From: Gemmatimonadaceae bacterium
GTDB taxonomy: Bacteria; Gemmatimonadota; Gemmatimonadetes; Gemmatimonadales; Gemmatimonadaceae
Reading direction: 5' to 3'
Length of the DNA: 42,472 nucleotides
Assembly: GCA_033763905.1 (NCBI GenBank)
Contig: JANRJP010000094.1
Location: forward strand, 1 to 42,472
Every line of letters starts with the position of its first letter. Within the stretch, counting starts at the first letter, position 1. The notes beneath the pieces were generated by a model. That model searched no databases. It worked only from the letters and a program-made list of their open reading frames with translations, and was not told the DNA's origin. Both the position numbers and the translations under genes were made by a program. This document shows, piece after piece, positions 8,779-17,367 of this stretch.

Positions 8779-10227
8779 TCAGCGTCCGCCGGGTGATTTC
8801 GTGACGCGCGGCGCCGCCGCGTAGCCTTCCCGGATCATCCGCCCCCAGGTGTCGTCGCGCCGCAGGACCTTCCAGAACGCGTGCAACCGGAAGCCGACCG
8901 TTGCGAAGCGGTACACGAACCCCTCGGCCACCGCGAGCAGCATCATCCGCCAGAAGTCGCTCCGGTGCGGGTATCGGCGGAAGGTGAACTCTTCGAGCAT
9001 CACTGCCCATACCGACAGCAGCACGCCGAAGAGATAAGCCACCAACAGGAAGACCTGCGCAAAGACGGGATCGAAGCTGCCGGAGAGCAGCGACAAGGCC
9101 ACCAACCCCACGCCAAGCAATTCGATCAACGGCGCGATCGCCTCGAGTACGAAGAACGGATAGACGAGCAATCCCATCACGCCATACTTGGCGTTGAAGA
9201 ACAGATCGCGGTGCTGCAACAACCCGAGGATCAACCCGCGGTGCCAGCGCTCGCGCTGTCGGGCCAGCACCTTGAGCGAGATCGGCACTTCGGTCCACGC
9301 CACCGGATCGGGCACGAAGGGAATTGTCGCGCGGATCTTGTTGTCGTAGAGGTAGCGCCGTAGCCGGACGACGAGATCCATATCCTCGGTCACGTTCCCG
9401 GTCTGATATCCCTTGATGTCCAGCAGGTAGGAGCGGCGGAAGAGACCAAAGGCACCAGAGATGATCAGTGAGCCACCCAGTCGATTCCAGCCGAGGCGAC
9501 CGAAGAGAAAGGCGCGGAGGTACTCCACGACTTGCACCGCCGGCAGGAAGCGCGAATCCACGCGGGCATCCACGACCCGCCCCTGCTCGACGCGGCACGC
9601 GTTCACCACGCGAATGGTGCCACCCACGGCGGCGACGGATTCGCCGAGCAGGAACGGTCGGGCCAGCCGCTGGAGCGCGTCCGGCTCGACCAGCGTGTCG
9701 GCATCCACCGCGATCACGAACGGGAAGCGCGCGCAGTTGATGGCGCAATTGAGCGCATCAGCCTTGCCACCGTTGGCCTTGTCGACCACCAGCAGCTTCG
9801 CGTGGGTGCGCGAGCGGTACACCGCGCGAATCTCCGCCGTCGGGATGCGCATACTGAACGCAGGCGGCACCTCGTAGAGATCGTAGGCTTCGATCAGGCG
9901 CGCGACGGTCGCGTCGGTCGATCCGTCATTGACCACCACGACTTCGTGCGACGGATACTCCAGCGTGAGGAACGACAGCACCGACGAGACGATGCTCACT
10001 TCCTCGTTGTGCGCCGGCACCAGCATCGTCAGCGGGGGCAGCGCGTCGCCGGCGAGCACCCGCTTCACGCCTTCGTCGTCGGCAATGTGCCAATGCGACC
10101 AGATCTCGGGGACGGCCAGCAACAGCAGCGTGCCGTAGCCGAGATTGATGAGCAGGAAGAACACCAGCACGAACTGTTCCGACCACGTGATGAAGGTCGG
10201 CAACACGAGTTCCAAGAGCTCGCTCAC
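8779..10227 (-). CDS. Processive glycosyltransferase family 2 (PgaC/IcaA-like polysaccharide synthase)
   Basis: VPAHNEE, VNDGSTD, NGGKADALN, VDADT, ISGAFGLFR, TEDMD, QRERW, with N- and C-terminal TM helices. GTG at 10227 overlaps the upstream stop. Confidence 0.9.
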   Translation of the reverse strand: MSELLELVLPTFITWSEQFVLVFFLLINLGYGTLLLLAVPEIWSHWHIADDEGVKRVLAGDALPPLTMLVPAHNEEVSIVSSVLSFLTLEYPSHEVVVVNDGSTDATVARLIEAYDLYEVPPAFSMRIPTAEIRAVYRSRTHAKLLVVDKANGGKADALNCAINCARFPFVIAVDADTLVEPDALQRLARPFLLGESVAAVGGTIRVVNACRVEQGRVVDARVDSRFLPAVQVVEYLRAFLFGRLGWNRLGGSLIISGAFGLFRRSYLLDIKGYQTGNVTEDMDLVVRLRRYLYDNKIRATIPFVPDPVAWTEVPISLKVLARQRERWHRGLILGLLQHRDLFFNAKYGVMGLLVYPFFVLEAIAPLIELLGVGLVALSLLSGSFDPVFAQVFLLVAYLFGVLLSVWAVMLEEFTFRRYPHRSDFWRMMLLAVAEGFVYRFATVGFRLHAFWKVLRRDDTWGRMIREGYAAAPRVTKSPGGR

Positions 10228-11294
10228 GCCTCGGCCAGCTCCCGCAGCGCCCCGGGGGGCAGTCCGCTGATCATTCGTGCCATATCGGCGGCATAACGGT
10301 CCTGGCTGTCGGAGACCTCCCGCAGCACCGCCCGCCCGACATCGCCCAACAGCGCCAGTGCCAGCGCCGAACGGAACCGGACCCACCACTGACTATCCTG
10401 CAGTGCGCGCGCAAGCGCCGGCGCCGCCTCGGCGACGGCCAACATCCCCAATCCTCGCGCCGCCACCGCCCGCACGGCGGGCTCGGGATCGGCCAACAAC
10501 TGCTGAAGCCGCACCGGCGCCTCCGGGTGAAACCACTGGGCCAGCGCGCGCGCCGCCGCCGCGCGCACTTCGCGATCCGGGTGCGTGGCGTGCGCCGCGG
10601 CCAGCGGCAGCAGCGACGGATCCCTCGTGCCGACGGCGAGATCGATCAACGACGTCAGGTGCGCCGGTCGCGATTCTGTCGGCAGCAATCCTCGGAGCAC
10701 CGGTACGACGGCCGCCGCCGACTGCAACAGCACGCTGCGCTGCAACTGACGCACCACCGACGGCTGCAACGGCTTGCGCTCCAGCACGTGCGCAATCATC
10801 GACGCCGTCCCGACGCGACCGATCGCCGGCGTGACCGCGGCCCGCACGGCCGGATGCGGATCCGCCATCAGTCGCTTGACGCGCGCTTCGTCCTCGGGGA
10901 GTCCGAGCGCGCCAAGGAGCCGCGCGGCCCGCAAGCGACTCGTCCACCGGAAGGCCATTCCGTAGGACAGGATGTCGCGAACCCAGAACTCGCGCCGCAG
11001 CGCCGCCACGAAGGCCGGGCGCTTCTCGGCATTGATGCGGGTCGCCAGCGCGAGCACCACCTGCTCCACGGCCGTCTCGCTGGGCGCCTCGCGCAGTGCA
11101 GCAAGCAGCGCCTCGAGTGAGCCAGAGCCCAGAAGCCAGTCCTGCATCGCGCGCTGAATCCGCGCCGCGCCGGAGCCCGCCAGCGCTCGCCCGCGGCGCG
11201 TCCGGGCCCGGTTGACGAGCAACAGCAAGAGGAGCGCGGCAAGCAGCGCGCCTTGCATCGCGCCAACCACCACCAGAAAGGCGAGCGGCGTCAC
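10224..11294 (-). CDS. Membrane-anchored HEAT-repeat protein
   Basis: N-terminal hydrophobic helix, then repeats DPHPAVRAA, HPDREVRAAAARAL, DPEPAVRAVAARGLG, DSQWWVRFRSALAL. Confidence 0.85.
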   Translation of the reverse strand: MTPLAFLVVVGAMQGALLAALLLLLLVNRARTRRGRALAGSGAARIQRAMQDWLLGSGSLEALLAALREAPSETAVEQVVLALATRINAEKRPAFVAALRREFWVRDILSYGMAFRWTSRLRAARLLGALGLPEDEARVKRLMADPHPAVRAAVTPAIGRVGTASMIAHVLERKPLQPSVVRQLQRSVLLQSAAAVVPVLRGLLPTESRPAHLTSLIDLAVGTRDPSLLPLAAAHATHPDREVRAAAARALAQWFHPEAPVRLQQLLADPEPAVRAVAARGLGMLAVAEAAPALARALQDSQWWVRFRSALALALLGDVGRAVLREVSDSQDRYAADMARMISGLPPGALRELAEA

Positions 11295-13225
11295 GAGGCG
11301 CCTGCCAACTCCCGCCAGCGCCGGACCTTGGCCATCAAGACGCGCAAACTGAGCGGCTTCGTGACCCAGTCGATCGCGCCACCCTCGATCGCGCGCAGCT
11401 GCTCCGATTCTGATCCGTGCGTCGAGCAGAAGACGACCGCGAATTGTCCCGGCCGCTCGAGCCGCAGGCGCTCGTGCAACGTGTGTCCGTCGATCCCCGG
11501 CAGATCCACGTCGAGCAACACCAGCGTGCGCGCCTGTCGCCGCTCGAGCTTGAGCAGCGCCTCGATCGCATCGGTGCCGGTGTTGTAGGCGCGAAACGTG
11601 AAGCCTGCGGAGCGGAGCGCGAACTGCAGCATATCGCTCAGCGCTTGATCATCTTCAACGACTATGACGTCCGGCGCGCGCGCATCGTCGCTGGCCTCGT
11701 GCACGTGGACGGTGACATCCTGCGCCAGCGCGGTCTCGAGCGCGGACTCGGCGCCGGCGCGCAGCGAGCCGAACGTCGCGTCGCGCTCGCTGCGCGCCAC
11801 AATCCCTGCCCGCCACGCGGGCGCCTCGGCCGGCCGGTCGCGACTGAGCGTGGCGAGCGCCTCGGCCAGCGCGGCCGGCGGCGCGGCACGCGCGATCAGG
11901 AGCGCGACCTCGTCACCCATCCCCGCGACGGTACGCTCCCCCCCAAGCAGTCGGGCAATTCGGCCGCCCTCCGCCATCCACAGTCGCGCCGCGCTGCCGG
12001 TCGGCGCTCGCCCGTCCGGGCGCACCACCGCCACGCAGGCATCGCTGCCCGCGGCCGCCGACGCCGCGAGCAGTTCGGTGATCGCGCGCTCCGCCTGCTG
12101 GGGCAGTGCCAACCCGGTGCCCGGGTGTCGCCCTTCACTGAGGCGGCGCAAGCGGACCGCCTCGATACGGGCCCGCAGCCGGCGCGTGAGTTCGGCCGGT
12201 ACGACGGGCTTCGCGATGAAGTCGTCGGCCATCGCAGCGTAGGCCGTCGCGCGACGGGACGCGTCGGCTTCCGTCGAGAACAGCATCACCGGCAGCGACG
12301 CCCACTCGGGGTCTTCGCGCAGCCCCCGCACCAGCGCGGTGCCGTCGTACTCCTGCATCTGCACGTCGCAGAGCAGCACCGTCGGCCGCACCCGATCGAG
12401 GGTGGCCTCCAGCTGCGCCGGATCCGACAGCGTCACGACGTGCAATCCATCCGGCTCGACGATTGTGCGCACGAGCTCCAGGATGCCCGGATCATCGTCC
12501 AGCACCAACAGCGTGGCCCCGGTCGGCATCGCGCGGGTCGCCGCCTGCTCGGCGAGTGCGAACAGCGCGTCCGGATCGTCGTCCGCCTGGACCACGAGGG
12601 TCCCGTCCGCCGGACTGTCGCGACGCGACACGCGCGAGGACGCGTCCGCCGATTCGAGCGCGATCAGGGGCACATTCGCCGCCGATGCGGCCGCACGGAC
12701 GATCGGCAGGGCGGTCGCTGCCGCAACGGCGACGTGCGTCTCGGCCCGCAGCGGATTCTCGGCCCACGCGGCGGCGTCGCTAGTTACGATCGTGTAGCCG
12801 TGGACACCCGCCTGCGCCCGCACGCGCGAACTGAAGTCGTCCGGCAGGTCGATCAGCACCATCCGTCGACGAGCGACCCGCTCCGGCGCATCGGCAAAGC
12901 ACGCCGCCATCGCATCGGCGAGATGCGAGACCATCGCGGCCCGACGGTCACGGTCCATCGCGGGCTCGTCCGCCCACGCGCGGGCCCGCGGTTCGAACTC
13001 GGCGGCCAGGGCGGACACGTCGTGAAATCCGTAGCTACCCGCCGTCCCGCGAATGCGGTGCAGTTCGCGTCGCAGGGCATCGACGAGATCCGCCGCTTCG
13101 GGGGTTTCGGTGAACCGGCGGGCCAGCGTGCGGACGGCGTCGATCGTGCGACCGGAACCGGCGCGGTACCGCTCCCGAAGCAGCGCCAGCGCCGCTCGCG
13201 GATCGGCCCCCGTTCCGCCGCTCAC
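11291..13225 (-). CDS. Multidomain response regulator: Hpt - pseudo-receiver - REC - degenerate GGDEF - REC
   Basis: Hpt LHRIRGTAGSYGF; REC LVLDDD...LLCDVQM...FIAKP; GGDEF-like HPGTGL...AGMGDEV...AESAL; REC IVVEDD...LLDVDLP...WVTKP. Probable GTG at 13225. Confidence 0.85.
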   Translation of the reverse strand: MSGGTGADPRAALALLRERYRAGSGRTIDAVRTLARRFTETPEAADLVDALRRELHRIRGTAGSYGFHDVSALAAEFEPRARAWADEPAMDRDRRAAMVSHLADAMAACFADAPERVARRRMVLIDLPDDFSSRVRAQAGVHGYTIVTSDAAAWAENPLRAETHVAVAAATALPIVRAAASAANVPLIALESADASSRVSRRDSPADGTLVVQADDDPDALFALAEQAATRAMPTGATLLVLDDDPGILELVRTIVEPDGLHVVTLSDPAQLEATLDRVRPTVLLCDVQMQEYDGTALVRGLREDPEWASLPVMLFSTEADASRRATAYAAMADDFIAKPVVPAELTRRLRARIEAVRLRRLSEGRHPGTGLALPQQAERAITELLAASAAAGSDACVAVVRPDGRAPTGSAARLWMAEGGRIARLLGGERTVAGMGDEVALLIARAAPPAALAEALATLSRDRPAEAPAWRAGIVARSERDATFGSLRAGAESALETALAQDVTVHVHEASDDARAPDVIVVEDDQALSDMLQFALRSAGFTFRAYNTGTDAIEALLKLERRQARTLVLLDVDLPGIDGHTLHERLRLERPGQFAVVFCSTHGSESEQLRAIEGGAIDWVTKPLSLRVLMAKVRRWRELAGAS

Positions 13226-13299
13226 GCCCGCCTCCGCACGGATAGATTCATTACACTGGTAACTGATCGCCGAACGCCAATCCCGCAAGCCGACAGGTC

Positions 13300-13677
13300 A
13301 TGAGCTCTCCGCTGCGCGTCCTCTGTGCCGATGACGAAGAGGATATCCGGACGATTCTGGAGCTGTCGCTCGGCCTCGACCCGGACATCCAGGCGACGGT
13401 GCTCCCCTCGGGCGAGGCCCTGCTGGCCCACGTCTCGACGGGCACCTGGGATGCGATCATTCTCGACGCGATGATGCCGGGCCTGGATGGGTACGACACC
13501 TGCCGCCGGCTCAAGGAGAACCCCGCCACGGCCGCCATTCCGGTGGTGTTCCTCACCGCCAGAACGCAACGAGACGAAGTCACGCGTGCCTTGTCGGCCG
13601 GTGCCGTCGCCTCGCTCGTCAAGCCGTTCGACCCGCTCGAACTGGCGGGAGAACTGCGCCGCGTGATCGCGCGGTAG
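13300..13677 (+). CDS. Single-domain response regulator (receiver only)
   Basis: VLCADDEED, IILDAMMPGLDG, VFLTA, KPFDP; 125 aa. Confidence 0.92.
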   Translation: MSSPLRVLCADDEEDIRTILELSLGLDPDIQATVLPSGEALLAHVSTGTWDAIILDAMMPGLDGYDTCRRLKENPATAAIPVVFLTARTQRDEVTRALSAGAVASLVKPFDPLELAGELRRVIAR

Positions 13678-13701
13678 CACGAGCACGCGGCGCGCCAACC
13701 G

Positions 13702-14280
13702 TTACTTCGCGACCCAGTCGACGGACCCTTCCGCCGTCCCCCACGCGAAGCGCAACAGCCCCTTCGCGCTGCCGTCAGCCGCCGGCTCCAACGTCACGGT
13801 GAAGCTCTCGACCGCTTCGCTCAGCGTCCGCGCCTTCACCGGAATCCGCACGAGATCCGCCGTCGGATCGTACTGCGTGCCCCACTCGCCGGTCTTCTTG
13901 CTGACGATCAAGCTCCACGAGCCGTTCTTCGCCAAGAGCGAGAACAGCGTGTAGGCCCCCTTCGGCACTTTCTGGCCGCCGATCTCCAGGTCGACGTCCG
14001 TCGTGAAGCCGGTCGCGGCATTGGCCCCGAAGCGCCACACCGTATCGACCGGAATCAGACCACCGACGACCTTGCGACCGCGCGCGTGCGGCTGGCCGTA
14101 GTCCACGCGGATCTTGAGCGGCGTCGGCGCCGGCTGCCCCTGCACGCGCGGCGGGCTCAAGGTCGCTTCGGCGGTGCCGCGGGTCGACAGGGCCTGCCGC
14201 AAGCCGGCCGGCGCCTGCGCCACGAGGGGGCTCGCGGCAATCGCCGAGAGCAGGAGTCCAGCAGTGAATGCACGCTTCAT
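13702..14280 (-). CDS. DUF2911 domain-containing secreted protein
   Basis: Signal peptide; VDYGQP..RGR.V.GGLIP...VWRFGANAAT, GAYTLF, WGTQYD, FAWG. Confidence 0.85.
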   Translation of the reverse strand: MKRAFTAGLLLSAIAASPLVAQAPAGLRQALSTRGTAEATLSPPRVQGQPAPTPLKIRVDYGQPHARGRKVVGGLIPVDTVWRFGANAATGFTTDVDLEIGGQKVPKGAYTLFSLLAKNGSWSLIVSKKTGEWGTQYDPTADLVRIPVKARTLSEAVESFTVTLEPAADGSAKGLLRFAWGTAEGSVDWVAK

Positions 14281-14317
14281 CGTTCAGTCCGGGTAAGGGG
14301 AATGACGTACCGAGGGC

Positions 14318-14869
14318 TCAGACGCGCTGACGCAGCGACCGATGCTTGGCACCGCGCGTCCGCGTCTCTTTCTTCGGCTCGAGAATCGAGCCACGGCACT
14401 TCTTCGTGCCGCACAGACAGCGATACCGCCGTTCGTCGGCCGGAGTTTCAGTCCCGTCGCGACCGTAGGAATAGTCGTACGAGAGTTCCACACCGGGCCG
14501 AATCGTCTTGATCGCCTCGATGAAGATCCGGCCGCGGTCGATGACCGCTTCGCAATTCGGATCGCACGAGTGGTTGATGTACTTCGCTTCGCTGCCGGTC
14601 ACGCGTGCATCGACGACCGTCCGCTGCGTGGCGATGAACAAAAACGTATGGTGACGACCCATCGCCTCGTCATCGTACCGCTTGTCCGCCTGCTTGTGGG
14701 TGATGCGTTCGCCGGTGTACTCGACGATCCGGGTGCCCTTGGGAATGGTGCGCACCGCGAAGGCCCCTCGGCCCTGAATCGCGCTGCGACGGATCTCAAA
14801 CCACGGCTGCGTCAGCGTCATGCGGACGACGCGACTCGTCGGGTCGAGCTTTGGCTTGGTCGATGGCAT
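14318..14869 (-). CDS. SET domain protein-lysine N-methyltransferase
   Basis: SAIQGRGAFA, EYTGE, INHSCDPN, ELSYDY and post-SET CLCGTKKCRG. Confidence 0.93.
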   Translation of the reverse strand: MPSTKPKLDPTSRVVRMTLTQPWFEIRRSAIQGRGAFAVRTIPKGTRIVEYTGERITHKQADKRYDDEAMGRHHTFLFIATQRTVVDARVTGSEAKYINHSCDPNCEAVIDRGRIFIEAIKTIRPGVELSYDYSYGRDGTETPADERRYRCLCGTKKCRGSILEPKKETRTRGAKHRSLRQRV

Positions 14870-14905
14870 AGCCGCGTAATCTAAGCGCGGCCATCGCCGT
14901 CCGCT

Positions 14906-16840
14906 CTAGCGCGGGAGACCGAGCAACCCGCCGGACATCGCCTTCAGGCGCGCATCGAGTGCCGCTTTTTCGGCATCCAGCTTCTGTCGCGCCTCGTCGA
15001 GCCGCCGGTTGGCATCGGCGATCACCTTGTCGACCCGGGCGCGGGCCTCGGCTTCGGCCTTGGCCACCTGCCGATCGACCTCTGCGCGAGCTCGCGCTTC
15101 GGCCTTGGCTACCTGCTCGCCGAGCATCTGCCGCATCCGCCCGGCAATGGCGTCATCCAGATTCGTCGAGACCCGCATCGAGGGGTCGGCCAAGGTCCCG
15201 CCCAGCACGGCGTCGAGCGTCAGCCGCGGAACGCCACGCAACACGTCGACCGCGACGCGCTCGAGCGCATTGCGGGTGGCTAAAGCCGCCGAGTCCACGG
15301 CCCACTGTACGGCCGGCGCCTCGAGGCGCCACTGTGCCCGCACCGCCGCGCCTCGTCGCGCGAAGCTCAAGGCGGACATCCCGGTGCCGGGCTCCAATCG
15401 CATCGGAAGCCCCGGAAGGCTGAGGCCGGGCAGTGCCACGCCACTGGCGCGCAGTGCCACCGAGTCCCGGGGCACCGCGCCGCGATGGTCGATCACGGCA
15501 TCGAGGGCCAGCGTGGACACGCCGCTCCCCGCCGCGTCACGCACGACCGATGCGACAAGCGGCGCCCCGACCAACGCGGGCTCAGTCGTCGCATCCCGCA
15601 GCGTCAACCGGTAACGGGTGGGTCGGCCCGCCCCGTCCGCCATCGCGAAGCGCACCGACGCGCGCTTGATGTGCGCCTTGGGGAACGTGCGTTCCTTCGG
15701 GAAGTGCACTGTCGTCCCTGACATCCGCAGCCGCTCGGGGCCTGCGTCTTCCCGCGGCTTGAGGCCCGGCGGGATCCACTGCTGCGCCAACTCGGCGTAG
15801 TACAACGCCTGCTCGAATCGCGCGATGCTGACCTCGCCGAACAGCGCGTTCGAGAAGTCGGGCCCCTCGAACGAGGGCAACGTGAGAAGCGACCGGGCGA
15901 ACGCGTAGTCCGCCTTCCGCGCGACATCCACACGCCGCACGCCGGCTTTCAGCGTGTCGGCGCCAGCGCGCGCCTTGCCAATGAGGGCTTCGACCCCGCG
16001 CTTCGTCGCTTCGACCCGCTGCGTCAACGCACGCACATCGGCGACCGCTTGCCGCGTGCCGTTGATGCCGAGTGACCGAGGACTCTCTTTCTGCAGGCGC
16101 GTCACGAGCGCGGTGCCGGCGTCGATCGTTTCCTGCACCTTCAGGGCCTGCACGTCGGCAGTGAGTGCCGCCTCCAGCGAATCCGCCGTCGCGAGCACGG
16201 CCTTTGCCGCCTGTACGCTCTTCAACTGCGACGGGTCCAGCACCAGCGACTTCACGGTGTCGAGCGGCAGCAGCTTAAGCGGTGGGACCGATAACTGCTT
16301 GGTGAAACGGCGAACCTCCGCCATCACCGAACGTGCGAACGACGCCCCCTGCACCGAGCGCGCCGGCACCTCGCGCGCCGTGCGCCATCGTGACTCGGCG
16401 ACCACCAGTGACTCCACCACCGCCTTGCGCTCCAAGAGCGGCACGCGCGCGAGATCCAGCGTCATCGGCCCGGCGTCGATCAGGTTGCGGGTGGTATCGA
16501 ACGGATCGGCGATCTGCACGCGACCAATCGTGAGCCGTGCGTCGGACAAGCCAACCGCGACACCGGACACATCGACCTGCGTGCCCAAGGCCTTCGTCCC
16601 CGCCTCCGACGCGACACGGGCAATGAGGCCGGGCAACAGCAGACGCCACACCAACACGATGGTCCCGAGCACGAGCACGAGCGGGATGACCCCCTCCCAG
16701 CGGATGACGCGCGCACGCTTCGGCGGGCGCTCCGGGCTGGGGGCCTGTTCGGGCGTTCCCGCCTGCGGCTCCGCCGCTGCGGCACCGGGCCCCGCCCCTT
16801 GCGCGCCGCCCGCCATCGCCGACTCGTCCGCCGTGCTCAT
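14906..16840 (-). CDS. TIGR03545 family protein (N-terminal TM, beta-rich and coiled-coil periplasmic region)
   Basis: IRWEGVI...TM, QIADPFDTTRNL, R..GTTVHF, C-terminal coiled coil. ATG at 16840 is coupled to the TIGR03546 stop, the usual pairing. Confidence 0.75.
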   Translation of the reverse strand: MSTADESAMAGGAQGAGPGAAAAEPQAGTPEQAPSPERPPKRARVIRWEGVIPLVLVLGTIVLVWRLLLPGLIARVASEAGTKALGTQVDVSGVAVGLSDARLTIGRVQIADPFDTTRNLIDAGPMTLDLARVPLLERKAVVESLVVAESRWRTAREVPARSVQGASFARSVMAEVRRFTKQLSVPPLKLLPLDTVKSLVLDPSQLKSVQAAKAVLATADSLEAALTADVQALKVQETIDAGTALVTRLQKESPRSLGINGTRQAVADVRALTQRVEATKRGVEALIGKARAGADTLKAGVRRVDVARKADYAFARSLLTLPSFEGPDFSNALFGEVSIARFEQALYYAELAQQWIPPGLKPREDAGPERLRMSGTTVHFPKERTFPKAHIKRASVRFAMADGAGRPTRYRLTLRDATTEPALVGAPLVASVVRDAAGSGVSTLALDAVIDHRGAVPRDSVALRASGVALPGLSLPGLPMRLEPGTGMSALSFARRGAAVRAQWRLEAPAVQWAVDSAALATRNALERVAVDVLRGVPRLTLDAVLGGTLADPSMRVSTNLDDAIAGRMRQMLGEQVAKAEARARAEVDRQVAKAEAEARARVDKVIADANRRLDEARQKLDAEKAALDARLKAMSGGLLGLPR

Positions 16841-17358
16841 TCGGGACTGAACCAGCGATACACGTTGTACAACTGCGAGGCCTTGATCGCCTGCATCGCC
16901 TTGGTCTGCTCCAAGCGCGCGCCGAGCGTGCGACGGTACTCCAGCACGAACCACCAGCTGGCCGCCGTGATCGGCAGGAAGAGCACGAGCCAGCCGACGA
17001 GGCTTCCCAGCGTCACGGTGTTGTTGAACGCCGTGAATGGCACGCCGGGCGTGTTGTACCACGCTGTCCACAGCGGCCGAAGCGCATCGCTCTCGACGAG
17101 CAGCGCACGGCCAATCCGGTCGAACACCGGATCGAGCGCAAAGCCCAGCGGGGTGAAAATCACCCAGCCGAGCATCCCCGCGCCGAACGACACATTGACC
17201 ACGCAGAGCAGCAGCACGATCACGAGATTGTGCGCGCTCACGAGCGGCGTCAGCCCGAGCGCGCTACCCAGCGCGACCCCCACGGCGATCTGCCAGGGCC
17301 GGCCATCGGAATGCAGGGTCTTGATGAGACTCTGCAGGAGCTTGAGGATCGCGAGCAC
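16837..17358 (-). CDS. TIGR03546 (DUF2062-related) membrane protein
   Basis: LHSDGRPWQIAVGVALG..LGLTP, DPVFDRIGRALL, FNNTVTLGS. Confidence 0.85.
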   Translation of the reverse strand: MLAILKLLQSLIKTLHSDGRPWQIAVGVALGSALGLTPLVSAHNLVIVLLLCVVNVSFGAGMLGWVIFTPLGFALDPVFDRIGRALLVESDALRPLWTAWYNTPGVPFTAFNNTVTLGSLVGWLVLFLPITAASWWFVLEYRRTLGARLEQTKAMQAIKASQLYNVYRWFSPE

Positions 17359-17367
17359 GACGGAATT

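Noticed and set aside
13251..13262. TTAC-N4-GTAA dyad in the divergent gap between the two regulators
   Set aside because: Only 4-bp arms and no DNA-binding regulator in the cluster. It may simply be overlapping -10 elements.
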